A stretch of DNA of 64,000 nt from Batkoa obscura (lineage: Eukaryota). A model generated the notes under the pieces. The model ran no database searches. It was not told the origin of the DNA and saw only the letters and a program-made list of their open reading frames with translations. A program made the translations under genes and the position numbers. Location of the stretch: assembly GCA_030770535.1 (NCBI GenBank), contig JASVEC010000026.1:372001-436000 (forward strand), read 5' to 3'. This document shows, in pieces, positions 38,949 through 51,928 of the stretch. Every line of letters begins with the position of its first letter. The first letter of the stretch is position 1.

Positions 38949-39650
38949 CTATAAGCTCAACCAAGTTAACGTTAATGTTCTATTTAATTTGCTATAAAGC
39001 CTTCTATTTATTTCAGATGTAATAAGGGCGACAACTAATAAAGGATTGATAAGTGTATGTGGAGCTCCTAAGTATAGATCTTTTAGCCCAAAGGCTTCAA
39101 TCATAGTAGTTTCAAGGTTTGGGAAGGAACATAAAAAACAAAAGAAATCCATAAGTGAAATATCAGACGTAGCAGCAATCGTAATTCAGCTAACAAACTT
39201 ACATTTATATAAATGATTCTCAAAAATATCATTAAATTCGCTTTTATCACAATTAACCTCTTTTATCAAATATTTAAGAGCATAGCATAAATCATTTATC
39301 TGAATATTAGTAATATCTGATGATGGTGAGATCGAATCTAGTAACTTTATTAAAAAAATTTCAATATAAATATCTTTCAATGTTGGTAAAGTCAAAAAAG
39401 GTAAATTATATAAGACTAATTCTCTTAAGTTTGAAGTTAGATGTTTATCTTAAAATTATATAAACATATTATTTATTCTCATCACTACGAATAATGTAAC
39501 TTATATTTAGACATTGGTTTATATAATCAAAAGTGTTACTATTGATAAATAAATGCTTATTTAATATGAGCAAGTTAAATAATTCTCTTAAATTTATTAA
39601 TTTCAATATCTTATATATAATAAATTATCAAGTAATTGGTCGAACTTTAT
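38949..39650 (-). pseudogene. F-box-like family pseudogene (copy E, internally deleted)
   Basis: KFDQLLDNLLYI/ILKLINLRELFNLLILNKHL at the 5' end; 3' fragments FCFLCSFPNL and PLLVVALITS match the ends of copies A and D. Confidence 0.65.
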
Positions 39651-40315
39651 TTTGTTTGACAAATTAAAAATATCAATATTTTTTGTATAAAGCTAATTTT
39701 ATCATCAAAATATCCCTGAAATTCTATTAAATTATGAACCAGTTTTAAATTAAATAGATGTTTCAAGGATTCCGCTAGGAGTTTTTCCACCCATTAGCTT
39801 AAATATAAAAATAAGTGAAACTAAAAAAGACATTGGCAGATAAATCAACATAGTTGATGTGTACTTACAATAAATTTAGAGGTATACTTAAATCTCTAAA
39901 CCATTATATCAAATAGTGATGTGATAATACTAACAGATTTAAATATTTTAGCACATCTACTATCAAAATTAATTCAGGTAGAGCGGTCTTACTTTATTTA
40001 ATAGTAAAGCAATATCAAGCCAAGTGAATTTCCTTCTAAAAAAAAGTATTTGTTTATAGATTATTGAAAATGCATTCGTAAAAAGTTTTGTATTGAATTT
40101 ATAATTATAATTGATATTTACATAAAAAAAGTGTTTACTAAAAAACTATATAAACACTCATTATAATCTCTAAAAAATATTTTATCAATTTTAAATTTTA
40201 TAACTTATGCGTAGTTTTTTTAAGTGAGCAATAGCTGCAAATAATGACTCGAAATTTTTAGTGTAATCCATTTAAAATTAAATTTTTTATTTTGTTTTCC
40301 ATTATTCTCAATAAA

Positions 40316-42410
40316 ATGAACAAACTCAAACTCCATTTAAATCCAAATGAACTCAAGCTAAAGAATTTATTACTCTCCTTATCAGATTGGATCAATAAAG
40401 ATATTAATGGGGATAAACTAGTATTACGATTTGCAGGTGGATGGGTAAGAGATAAGGTAAGTCTACTGGTAATATATTCAAATCCCTTTTCGTTAACATA
40501 ACCTTTTACACAGCTCTTAAAAAATGAAAGTAATGACATTGATATAGCAATTAATAATCTCACCGGTGCTCAATTTATGCAAAAATTTAAAACTTATATA
40601 CAAAATGAAAATGTACAGTTATCATCAATTGGTAAAATACAGAGTAATCCGGATAAGTCAAAGCATCTAGAAACCGTCACTTTTAAAATATTTGATTTAG
40701 AAGTAGATGTGGTTAATCTGAGGACGGAAGTTTATTCCGAAAATACTAGGATTCCGGATAAGGTGGTAAGTGAGATTGAAATGGTTTTATTTTGGTAGAA
40801 TTAATGTTTATATTTAATTTTTATAGGAGTTTGGTACCGCTTTAGAAGATGCTTTGAGAAGAGACTTAACGATTAATGCTTTATTTTATAATTTAAATAG
40901 TGATGAAGTAGAAGATTTTACTGAATTGGTAAGATATATCGTATTATATTTGATATTGTTATATTTATTTTATATAAAAGGGTTTATCCGATTTAAAAAG
41001 TCGAATTATACGTACACCATTACCATCATTACAAACATTTAGAGATGACCCTTTAAGAATTCTTAGATGTATCAGATTTGCTGCTAAATTGGACTTTCAA
41101 TTGAATACTGATATTATTGAGGCTATTAAAGATGAAAGTTTAAAAGTAAGTATAATATTATATTTTATATTGCTTTGTTTATTCATTTTTTTATTATAGA
41201 CACTATTAAAAGATAAAATATCTAAAGAAAGGATAGGTATTGAATTAAATAAGATGGTTAAAGGTAATTTAATAATAATATATAATAATAATGTAATATT
41301 TGTCAATAGATAAAAATCGTATTAAAGCATTTGAATTAATAAAGCAACTTGGAATATATTATATATTATTCCAACCAAAAGATGTAATATTAAAACATCA
41401 AATAATGGAGTTAAATTATTATTTAGCTATTACTAAATATTTGAATTCGGCTATTGAAATTATAAATCAATCGAAATCGAATCAAAATAATAATCAACAG
41501 AATGACTTAGTTAATCAAATAAGTAAAATAAGGGAGGAGATAACTAAATTGGAGTTTAAAGAGAATTTAAATAAAATGGATTTATTATTATTTAGTGCTT
41601 TTTTATTACCATTTAAAAAAGAAGAGTTACATAAAAAAGTTAAAAATTGTAGGGACTTGATGCAGTATATTATTAAAGAAGAGATTAAAGTAAGTCATTA
41701 GTTTATTATGTTTATATTTATTTTACACTTATTTTACATTTATTTTATTTTATAAGCTTCCTTCAGTTGTTGCTGAATTTATTACTGATATTCATGGTGG
41801 TATTGATAAGTTGGAAAATTTAATTAAGTTAAACTCTAGTCAATGGGATAGATATAATATAGGTAAATATAATTATAATAACACAATACATATTTGTATT
41901 AATAAATTATAATTAGGTTTATTTATGAAGTATAGTAAAACAAATTTTCAATCAATAATAGTGTTATCGATTGCTATAAAACAAAGTGAAGTAGATTACA
42001 ATATTATCAATCAAAGTAAGTTTAAATATTATTATCATACGTATTATACTTATTATTTTGTTTAAGCTCAATTCGATGAATACATATTACAACTAAAACA
42101 AATGTTAAATTTTATAATTAATGAAAAGCTAATTACTATTTATTTACAAGAACCTTTATTAGAAGTAAGTTAATATATAAATGAATAATATTATTTTTAT
42201 TATTAATATATTAAATTTTAGGGTACACAAATTCAAAAAACATTAAATTTAAAACCTAGCAAAGTAATTGGATTATTAAAAAATGAAGTAGAAAAATTGC
42301 AATTATTAAACCCAAGTATTAAAGAACAAGAAGCAATTGATTGGTTAAAACAACATTATGGAGAAGCTGAACAATTGAAAAGATTACAAATAGAAAATCA
42401 TATTAAATAA
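40316..42410 (+). CDS. CCA1: tRNA nucleotidyltransferase (CCA-adding enzyme), canonical paralog, multi-exon
   Basis: LRFAGGWVRDK|LLKNESNDIDIAINN, SKHLET, VDVVNLRTEVYSENTRIP (flexible loop), EDALRRDLTINALFYN, TFRDDPLRILRCIRFA and ISKERIGIELNKM; stop at 42408-42410. Confidence 0.92.
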
Positions 42411-42475
42411 TATTAATATTAATATTAATTAGAAATAAAATAAAATAAAAATTTTAATTAATATTATATTTTATT

Positions 42476-45360
42476 TTATTCTTCTTCTTCATCTTCATCA
42501 TCTTCATCACTATCTTCAAATACCATTTTAAATAATTTATCACTTGGTTTGTCTACTGGAATATCTATAATATCATTGTTATTCATCATAATATCATTGT
42601 TATTATTATTATTAGTTTCATTTATAATTTCATTTTCATTTTCAATTCCAATACTTTTAAAATCTAATACTTTATTTAATGCTTTTTGAGATGTACGTTG
42701 ATAATTTAAATTATTTTGATTATTATTATTATTAGGATTAATTTTAACATTAAATCTTTTAAACAATAAATTATTAAATTGAAATTGAGTAACAATTCGA
42801 TTTAATCTTCCAAATTGGCCATAATTATATTCTTTAGTTTCTAAAATTGAATTCTAAATAGAAAATAGTAATAAATAAATACTGATATATTTATAAATAA
42901 TAATAACTTTAAACTTACTTTATCAACGTTATCCCTACTTTTATTTTCTTGTTGTTGTTTTTGAATACTATTTTTCATATTTAAAATATTTTGATTAGTA
43001 ATTAATCCAGCTGGTAATTTACTTTCTTTTTCAACAATTGTTTGTTTACTTGAAGTAAATCGATTCATCATTGTATTAATTAATGGTCGATATATTTGTA
43101 TAGCTTTTTGAAATTCTTGGATTTCTTGAATTTTATCTTCTATTGTAAATTCCTAAAATAAAATAAAATAAATAAATTATCTCTTGTTAAATTATACAAT
43201 ATAATATTAAATATTAATATTAGATACTTACTTTAGACCAATTAGGTGGTAATTTTGTTAAATTAGAATAATAATCTAAAAAATTTAAATATCTTTGTTG
43301 TTTTTCTTTATTGGATTCAAATGGAATAAAAGCTTCTTTAGCTTTTAATGCTGATTGTTGATCGACCATTGAATAACTTAACATTAAATTTAAATCTTCA
43401 TCATTTTTATTTCCTCTATCATCATCCCACCTACTTTTCTTATTTCTTCTATTACTTTCATTATTATTATCATTGTTGTTGTTATATTTTTCTTTCCTCT
43501 CAATTTCTTTTTCTAATAAATAAGTTTCAATTTCTTTATTATCTCCTAACTTTTTTTTTCTTTCTTGAAAACTTAATTGAGCGGTTTTAGTATTATTGAT
43601 AGTGTTGATATCTTCAAATTCTGCTTCAAAATTGAAGTTAGAAGGTATTGTTGGTTTTTCATAACTAATAATAATAAGATGTGTGAATAAACAACTTATT
43701 TTATATAATTAATAAAATAAAACCTACTTAACTTCATGATAAATTTCATTAGCTAATATGAATGATGGCAAAGGAGCATTTAAATCTTGGCATTTGTCTC
43801 TCTATAAAAAAAAAATTCAATTTCAATTTTAATTTTTTATAAAAATAAAAGTAAAAATAAATTAGACTTACAACTAAATGATTAAGTGTAATATTTGAAT
43901 TCATTAACAATAGATTTTGAGGTGGCGGTGGTCTTCTCTTTTTACGAATTAACGTAATTTTTTCTTCTCCATCACTATCTTCTTCCTCTTTTATATATAA
44001 AGTATTCTCTTTTGTTTGATTATATGGATTAATATAGTAATCTCCATCTTCATCAAGTTTATTATCTATTTATTATATTAATATAATTAATACATATTGT
44101 ACATCATATTATATGTTACATTATATATTATTATTATAAACTTACCTTGATTTAAATATGAACTTAAATGATCTAATGAATTTTTAATTTTTTTATCCTC
44201 TTTATTATTATCGTTATTATTATCTGATAAATTCAATCCCTTTTTATCTTTTTTATCAATAAATTTAAATAATGGTACATCTTTGGGTGGCAATAATAAT
44301 TTTTTTATATCAACTGCATTATTATTTAATTCATATTTTTCTATTTATTTAACATTAAATATATTATTATTGTTATTATTATTAAATACTCTTACTTTTT
44401 AATAATAAATCTAACTTATTTGAACCAATGCCATATCCTGGTTTCCATCCCATTTGTTTTAAAATTGCTATACCTAAAAAGAATAAAATTATTAATATTA
44501 TAATAATAGTAATAATGAAAATAGTAATAACATTATTATTATTATTTACCAATTGAATCTCTTTTATCATCAATAAATAAATTTAATATACTATCCGAAG
44601 TACTACCAATAACACTGTAATAAAATAATAAAAATAAATAAACAAATAAATACTTAACGTCAAATATCTTTAATAATACTTACTTCGGCAATTGCTTCAA
44701 TTCTTGTTTTCTTTTTTCCATCAATTCTTCAAATTCTTCATCAGTTGTTTTGATTTTAACCATTCTACTTTGTTTTTTAATATCCTAAAATAGATTTGAT
44801 TTATCAATTTCAATTCAAATAATCCAAATCTTTGCCTACCTCAAAGTCCTCTTCATCCATAAAATCTTCGACATTTAAAGTCACTTTTTTAGCTTTTTCC
44901 TTTTTACTTGATTTGTATTCCATTGGTTTCCATCCTACAAATTTAGTTAATTAACTCTTCATAAACTATTATTATTGTTATTATTAATCTTTTGAACTAC
45001 CTTCTTTACTCCCCACAGTATTAAAATACCCTGCAGAAAAGCCACCTGTAAACGCACCATGAAATCGCTTTCTACCTCTTTCATCTCGAGCCTAAATAAT
45101 AACAATCGTAAATCATTAGCATGTATTGAATCATCCATCCTTCATCTTTTATCTTTCATCCTTTATTAATAATAACTTAATTTTTTTCACTCACTTACCT
45201 CTTGTTTCCAAACGGGTACAAAAGCACCTTTGTCAAACTTAGAATTTTCTGCTTCCAATATACTTTTTCCTAAAAATACATAGCTTTCATTGGATAAATC
45301 AATTTCTTCTTCTTCGTTATCTGCATAAGTGCCTTTTAATTGTTTTTTATTATTACTCAT
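42476..45360 (-). CDS. GPATCH1: G-patch domain-containing protein 1 (GPATCH1/TOUGH-like splicing factor), multi-exon
   Basis: [50 protein letters not shown]-patch [44 protein letters not shown] and [11 protein letters not shown]. Confidence 0.88.
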
Positions 45361-45488
45361 TATTAAACTTAAAAGTTGTTTTGATCAATTTTGTTGCTGA
45401 CTAACTTGTAATACTGTATTAAAATCAGGGAGATTTTAGCATATTATTATTTTTATATAATAAATGTTATATCTAAAATTAACAAATG

Positions 45489-45561
45489 GCCTGGCTAGCT
45501 CAATCGGCAGAGCGTGAGACTCTTAATCTCAAGGTTGCGGGTTCGACCCCCGCGTTGGGCT
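45489..45561 (+). tRNA. tRNA-Lys (anticodon CTT)
   Basis: 73-nt cloverleaf: acceptor GCCTGGC/GTTGGGC, D-arm GCTC..GAGC, anticodon arm TGAGA-CTCTTAA-TCTCA, T-arm GCGGG-TTCGACC-CCCGC. Confidence 0.96.
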
Positions 45562-46214
45562 TTAATTCATATTGCAATTTATTTTTGTCTAAATGATTAA
45601 TCATATTGTAAGAATTTAAGATGGAACTAACGCTTAAATTCGGCTCTTATTAATTATTATTATATATTGGATAATGATATTAACCTTGTTTTTTATCAAG
45701 TTATTTTGATTAATAATGAATTTTTAAATTGTTATTGCTACCTAGAACAAAGATTGTTCACTGCTTAATTTTTTAGAATGATTTATCAAACATACAAATT
45801 CTACAATGCCTGCTTTAATTGATAACGATGAGCAAAAGAAGTATCAAGATAGGCTAAAAAAAGGATAGAAATCGGACATGTTGAAGTGAGAGAGTCAAAA
45901 TGAATAGCATAATATCATATAAAATCAATACAAATATTCCACTATTGCTTTGAAGAGGATTTTGATAAAGTATCTAACTTAAAACCTTTAAGCTTCAACT
46001 TGTTTATGGTGATGATTATATAAATTTGAAAAATTCGTTCTTTCAAACATTAAAACAAAGATATTAGTTAAATTGATCTTATCTTTGAATTGATAAATGT
46101 ATTGTGGTTATTAAATATTTGATTTAGATTATCAATTATTTGAGTTCTATTACGATTTAAATACTAGTTAAAGTAGGGTTATTAGCAGGACTGATTTTTC
46201 TATTGGTTATGCTA

Positions 46215-46464
46215 GATTATTTAAGTCTATTATTATTATTATCTTATTACTATTTGGTATGACAGTTTATAGCTTTAATTGTACTTACAAATTATTTGCA
46301 AGTACACATCAACTATGTTGATTTATTTAATTTAAAACTGGTTCATAATTTAATAGAATTTCAGGGATATTTTGATAAAATTAGCTTTATACAGAAAATA
46401 TTGATATTTTTAATTTGTCAAACAAAATAAAGTTCGACCAATTACTTGATAATTTATTATATAT
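46215..46464. repeat. Inverted copy of 39613-39945 (F-box copy E upstream region and first codons)
   Basis: 46305-46464 is nearly identical to the reverse complement of 39613-39866 apart from an ~80-bp indel. Weaker similarity extends to ~46215. Confidence 0.85.
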
Positions 46465-49325
46465 GGGGGTGTCCGAATTGGTTTCATTTTTTTATCCAAT
46501 TTTTAAATATTTATATTTCAAAAACTTTGCTTAAAATTCTATAAAAATAAATTCTTTATTAAAAGCCAAAAGTACCCGACACAGTTTTAACTTATTTTGT
46601 TATAATTTATATTGTTAATTAGCGGAATTTTTATTAACTTTAATATAAATTTCTGGATTAGCAAAGATTTTACTAATATAGCCTGTATAGTGATATTAGT
46701 CAAAGTTGTAATATGTAAATAAATATATACTTTTATAGAACTTTATTAAAAAATATTTATTATTAACTGTTTTATATTCAACACTGCAGATTTGCTATCA
46801 AATGAATAAATTATTTTAATGTTATAATTACATTATTAATATATCGCTAAGTTAATAAATAGCTGCATGGGAGGGAGTGGTTAGCCCCAAAACTATAATT
46901 AACCATCCCTATGTAATACAAGCAGTATGATAATAGTTTTTACTTATTATTATAATCACTTGCTCTTTGACTATTTATTAACTTAGCTATTATTAAGTCA
47001 AGTAATACCAACATTTAATAATTGATTTTTATCCTTTAACAAGCTACTTATTTGCTTACTAAATATTGAAACTTTTAAATTTTCAGTTATTTTTGTAAGA
47101 TAAGCTGGGGTTGATCTTTTAATTTTTCTATCCTCTATAGACTCTATAACTTTAATTGAGATCATATCGCTTTTTTTTTATCTATCAGATACTAGATAGC
47201 AGTGTAATTTATTACCACGTTTAACAAAATGTAAATACTTTTTAATACCTTATATTTTTATTATTTTTTTTGTATCTTTGTTTCTTTCATACTTTTTAAA
47301 AATTATATTTATTTGCCCATTATTGACAGTTGAGTTATTAATTCTATTATTTTCACAAACAAAAATCTCAAATTTTAAAATTAATTGATCAATATCTTCT
47401 ATTTTGCCTAATGCTTCAAGATTATTTTTCCACTGTGAAAGATTTCCAAAATGTCCGTCAACTATACTTTTTCCATGATGCTCAGCAAAAAAATTAAGAC
47501 CAATATTTAAACTACTATTTATTTTATAAACTTCTTCAAATACATAATGTAAAAACTCTTGAGATTTAAAATGATATCCTGTATCTGCCCATGTATTAAT
47601 TTTTGTAAACTTTTTAAATAAAGGCTCTTTAGCTATTAAGTCAATTAAACAATCTCCTGCATATGCTGAATCATGATTTAATATTTCAGATAAATAATCA
47701 AAATAAATTTTGCCTATTGTTTTATCGTTTTTTAAATACAAAACGCCAAACCCTAATACTGATATAGCTTGTTTATTATAATGATCTAAGTTTATTGGAT
47801 CTGGTCTTGTTCCTATTTCCATATTTTGTTTAAAGTCTAAAATTATTATACAATTTTTATTATTTAATTTTTTAATAGTTTCATTAAGTATGTTTTTTTG
47901 AGTATCAACACAAAACTCATGTAATTTATATAACCTTTTTCCTTTATTAAAAGATTCCTCTATCTCTGCTTTATTTTCTGTCGCTGTATTTATTTTATTT
48001 TCAAATAACTTTTTTCTAACTGTATACTGGGCACATATATTACATAAATATGTTTTTCTTGCTGGATTTTTAAAGTTATTTGGTATATATTTGAAAAATG
48101 TTGACCTAGCTACTGCTTTATCTTTTAAATCATTAAAATACTTACTGTATATCATTCTTCTACTTTTATTTAATATATATATATTCTCTGACGAATATTT
48201 ATCATTATTTTTTTTACTAAATCTTGATGAAATAGTTGAATTATTAAGTAAATATTGTATAATAATCTCGATTTGCTCATCTTTAATTTTTTTGTATTTT
48301 TAATAATAGATTGTAATGTTGGTGTTTTATTATTACTAATTATTTTTGAATAATCATATTAATTTCTACTTATATTAAATCCAAAACTTTTACGTTCATC
48401 AAAAGAATATACTGAAGCTATAGTCGATAATAATGCTACTTGTTGCTTTTTGTTTTCTGTTTCCCTTAAAGCACTAATTTTATACATTGCTTGATTAAGT
48501 CTGTTATTATTAATAGTAAACTTTAATGACCTTTCTTTTCCTTTTTTTGTTTTATTATAAAATTCCATAAACTCTGGGTTATTGTGAATAGTTGCTAAAA
48601 TTGATGTAAATGAATTACAATGTTCATATAATTTGCTTCTTCCTATTGGATTAAAATTTTTAGAAATTCCATTTCGAAGTTTAGTTATAAAAGCTTGCAT
48701 TTTGTTTTTATTTTAATAAAAAACAAAGTCAAATAATTATATATTTACATCTTATATAGCTATTGAATATTTAATAAAAAATACAAAACACTGTGAAATA
48801 TCGTTTCATCAGCTCTATGATTGATTATCGCATAATAATCACTTAACTTGTTTACAAAACTAGTTGGAGTATAAAATAGATTCTTCAACATAATAGCTCA
48901 AGGCTTTTTAATTGAATTGTTCCCTAACATTTTACTTTTAATAAAGCCACTAAGTCTTTCTGACAATATCTTATGTAGATTTTACAGTAGTATCCTGTAT
49001 TCTATTTATTTTACATAGTTCGTAGCTTATTGCGTATTACTCCTATTGATTTAAGTCTATCTTAGTTACATAAACTAAGGCCTTTTGACTTACGGTCAGT
49101 TAACTAAGCTAAAGCTGCCTCTAACTCCAATTACTGAATACTAACTTTCACAAACATATAATCAAAAAAATAGAATAAATAAAATAAGTCTTTTAAGTTG
49201 AATTTTTATATTTAATTTTAAGCTTTTTAAATTTAGCTAATCATACATTTAAAGACTTACAAATTTAAAAACTTAAAATTTGGATTAATTTCTAGTTAAA
49301 TTCTGAAACCAATTCGGACACCCCC
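46465..49325 (-). mobile_element. Sola2-like DNA transposon, 2861 bp, 22-bp perfect TIRs
   Basis: GGGGGTGTCCGAATTGGTTTCA at 46465-46486 and its exact reverse complement at 49304-49325 enclose a transposase. Flanks are ATAT (left) and AAAT (right). Confidence 0.88.
46990..48700 (-). pseudogene. DDD-type transposase (Sola2-like), disrupted
   Basis: Motifs CNIC, IILDFKQN, WADTGYHFKS and FFAEHHGKSIVDGHFG. In-frame stops at 48359 and 47250 and a frameshift near 48300. Confidence 0.78.
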
Positions 49326-49443
49326 AAATGGGCTTTAAATTCGTAAGAATATTATGTAAGAAAATAACAGTAACTTTATCTTTAAAAAAGTATAAAAGCA
49401 CACTCAAAATATCATTTTAATCAAACTCGTCAATTAAAAACCA

Positions 49444-50547
49444 ATGTCACAATACAAAAGCTTACAACAATCATTAGATCTTAAAGGTTTAAAGCTCAGA
49501 AATCGTGTTCTTCTCTCCTCAATGACACGTAATCGTGGAATTATACCAAATGATATCAATATCGATTTTTATACTCAAAGAGCATCAGCAGGTTTGATTT
49601 TAACAGAAGGTATTCTTATTGAGCCTCAAGGTACTGAATGGCCAGAAGCCCCAGGAATTTGGAGTAAAGAGCAGATCAAAGCATTCAAAAAGTTGAATGA
49701 TGCGGTACATAGTAAAGATGGTCTAATTTTTGGTCAATTATGGCATGTAGGAAGAGCTGCTAACACATTACATAATGCTGGTATAGCTCCACCTGCTCCT
49801 TCTGCTGTTCAAGCTAATGGTGGTAAATTCCGCTTACTCGAAGGCAAACCAGGTTACTCAGTTCCAAAAGCCATCGAGGATCCTAAAAAATATATACAAA
49901 TGTTTAAACAAGCTGCTATTAATGCTAAAGAAGCTGGGTTTGATGGTATCGAATTAAGTGGTGCCGGTGGCTATTTACCTCATCAATTCCTTGAATCTCA
50001 CTCTAACAAGCGTACTGATAACTATGGTGGTAGTATTCAAAATCGTTCTCGTTTCACGCTTGAAATTATTGATACTTTTATTGAAGTATTCCCAGCTGAT
50101 AGAGTTGGTATCAAATTATCACCATGTGGCGGTCATAATGATATGGGTGAAAAAACCGAAGGAGAAGCCTATGAGCTATATAACTATTTAATCTCAGAAC
50201 TTGATAAACGCAATATTGCTTATATTCAGCTTATTCGTCATCTTCCTGATCTCGATCCAACCAATCGTGGTCTTAAACTTGATGTTGAGAAATTCTTCCC
50301 ATTAATTAAAAATGCTAAAATCTTGCTTAATGGTGGTATTACAGCTGAAGAAGGAGATAAATACATTGCTGATAGTAAAGTAGATGCCATTGTCTATGGT
50401 CGTCCCTATATTGCTAACCCAGATCTTCCAGAACGTTTCTTTAATGGTTATGAATTGGCTCAAATTACCAATTATCCAGCTCTTTATTTATATGAAGGGG
50501 AAGATCGCCATGTTGGTTACTCTGATTTTCCTAAATATAACAACTAG
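49444..50547 (+). CDS. Old Yellow Enzyme family NADH:flavin oxidoreductase / alkene reductase
   Basis: Intronless, 367 aa; motifs MTRNR, YTQRASAGLILTEG, QLWHVGR, AGFDGIEL..AGGYL.HQFL, NKRTDNYGGSIQNRSRF and YGRPYIANPDL. Confidence 0.95.
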   Translation: MSQYKSLQQSLDLKGLKLRNRVLLSSMTRNRGIIPNDINIDFYTQRASAGLILTEGILIEPQGTEWPEAPGIWSKEQIKAFKKLNDAVHSKDGLIFGQLWHVGRAANTLHNAGIAPPAPSAVQANGGKFRLLEGKPGYSVPKAIEDPKKYIQMFKQAAINAKEAGFDGIELSGAGGYLPHQFLESHSNKRTDNYGGSIQNRSRFTLEIIDTFIEVFPADRVGIKLSPCGGHNDMGEKTEGEAYELYNYLISELDKRNIAYIQLIRHLPDLDPTNRGLKLDVEKFFPLIKNAKILLNGGITAEEGDKYIADSKVDAIVYGRPYIANPDLPERFFNGYELAQITNYPALYLYEGEDRHVGYSDFPKYNN

Positions 50548-50590
50548 TAGCTTCATTAGTCTTAAAGTGTATTAAAAATTAGTATTATAT

Positions 50591-50688
50591 GAGGATGTAT
50601 TTTTGTGTTTAAGAATTTACCAACAATTTTTCCGCTCAAATAGCGCTTAAAAAATGGAAAAAGTAATGAAACCAAAAAAAACATCCCC
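50591..50688. mobile_element. ~98-bp MITE copy 4
   Basis: GAGGATG...CATCCCC termini; ATAT duplication; 43 bp downstream of the OYE stop. Confidence 0.92.
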
Positions 50689-50949
50689 ATATAGATTTTA
50701 TTTTAACTTTTAATGTATTTGATTTTTTTGTTATAATAGAAGGCTAAGGTAAGGCAGCGCTTGCTAACCTAAAAACAAATGAGATAGATAAAAGAGAGAG
50801 TAGCTCGGTATTTTTAATAGAATAGTAAAAGGAAAATACAGGTTTTATTTTTTTAGGCGGACTATTATAAAAGGAGGATAATGTTATCAAATTCATTGGA
50901 AGTAAGGATTTGAATGAGAAGTGAAAAATTTAAAGAAAGGTAAGTTAAA

Positions 50950-51928
50950 GGGATAATTTGAACATACTTATTAGGAATAAAAATCGTTGGTTTTAAAACG
51001 TAATTATATGGTGGAACTATATAAATCAAATCAAAATACTTTCTGGCTATTTCTTTAAGTTTTTTAGGTTGAAATTTAACAAATTGATAAGTACATTTAA
51101 CAAACATGTACAAACAAGATTATGTGGATCCATGGACTATTTAATAAGTTTTATGAAAACAAATAAATTACTTTTAGGAGGCCTCTGTGACATTTACGTC
51201 ATAAAGTGGGCTCAAACTTTAGGAGTATTTTTTCTTCGGAACTCAACAGAAGCTATTAGCTATGAATCAGCACAAGGAAGGCTCTAAGAATGTAGAAGCA
51301 ATTACATCTACCAGTGTTAGAATGATTCAATACTTGAGGTAAAGATGGTATGTTATAACCATTTTTATATGATGAGGGAGAGTACCAGTACCAATTGGAT
51401 GATAAAAGTGCTGCCTTGATAGCTAATTTTCTAGAGATACTGGAGTGAGTCAATCACCGTGTTCATGATAATGAGATTTAATTATTTAAGGTGTGAGATG
51501 ATTGTATAATTTGTAAGATTGACCATAGGCTTAGAGGAGAAATTAGTATTAAGGAATTTACGAAAAGGCGGGTTAGGGTATGCTTTGTGTTGGTTCCAGT
51601 TTTAAATTGTGTTTTTACTATTTGAAAGCAATAATATCGCTAGAGTTACTTTTTATTATTCAAAAGTTTAATTTCTGCGAAGATTCAAGGTGATCAATAT
51701 GTTATGGACCCTTTTACTAGTAGTGATATTAAACTGACCAATAGGAAAATCATTGAACTTGGAGAGAAAGAGGAGTGTAAATTTAAATACGCTCCAGGGC
51801 TATTTAAGTCCAACAATGAGCTCTTTTGAATAATAGCCTATTATTCTCAAGGGTATACTGTTATGAACTCTATTGCTCAAAATATTGAGATTTATTTGCC
51901 ACCATCTATCCCCAGTTTATGCCAATAA
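50950..51928 (+). pseudogene. Decayed paralog of the orphan ORF at 53120-53857
   Basis: Fragments YYLKAIISLEL and DPFTSSDIKLTNRKIIELG...PGLFKSNNELF*IIAYY match YYLKTKSTLEL and NPFINTNIKLVDRKIIETG...TQLFKFKNKVFSVIMY. The 5' boundary is approximate. Confidence 0.6.

Noticed and set aside
3326..45360. Fragmented ORFs suggesting an alternative genetic code or stop-codon readthrough
   Set aside because: Breaks in conserved genes are explained by short GT-AG introns, and long intronless genes translate cleanly in the standard code.
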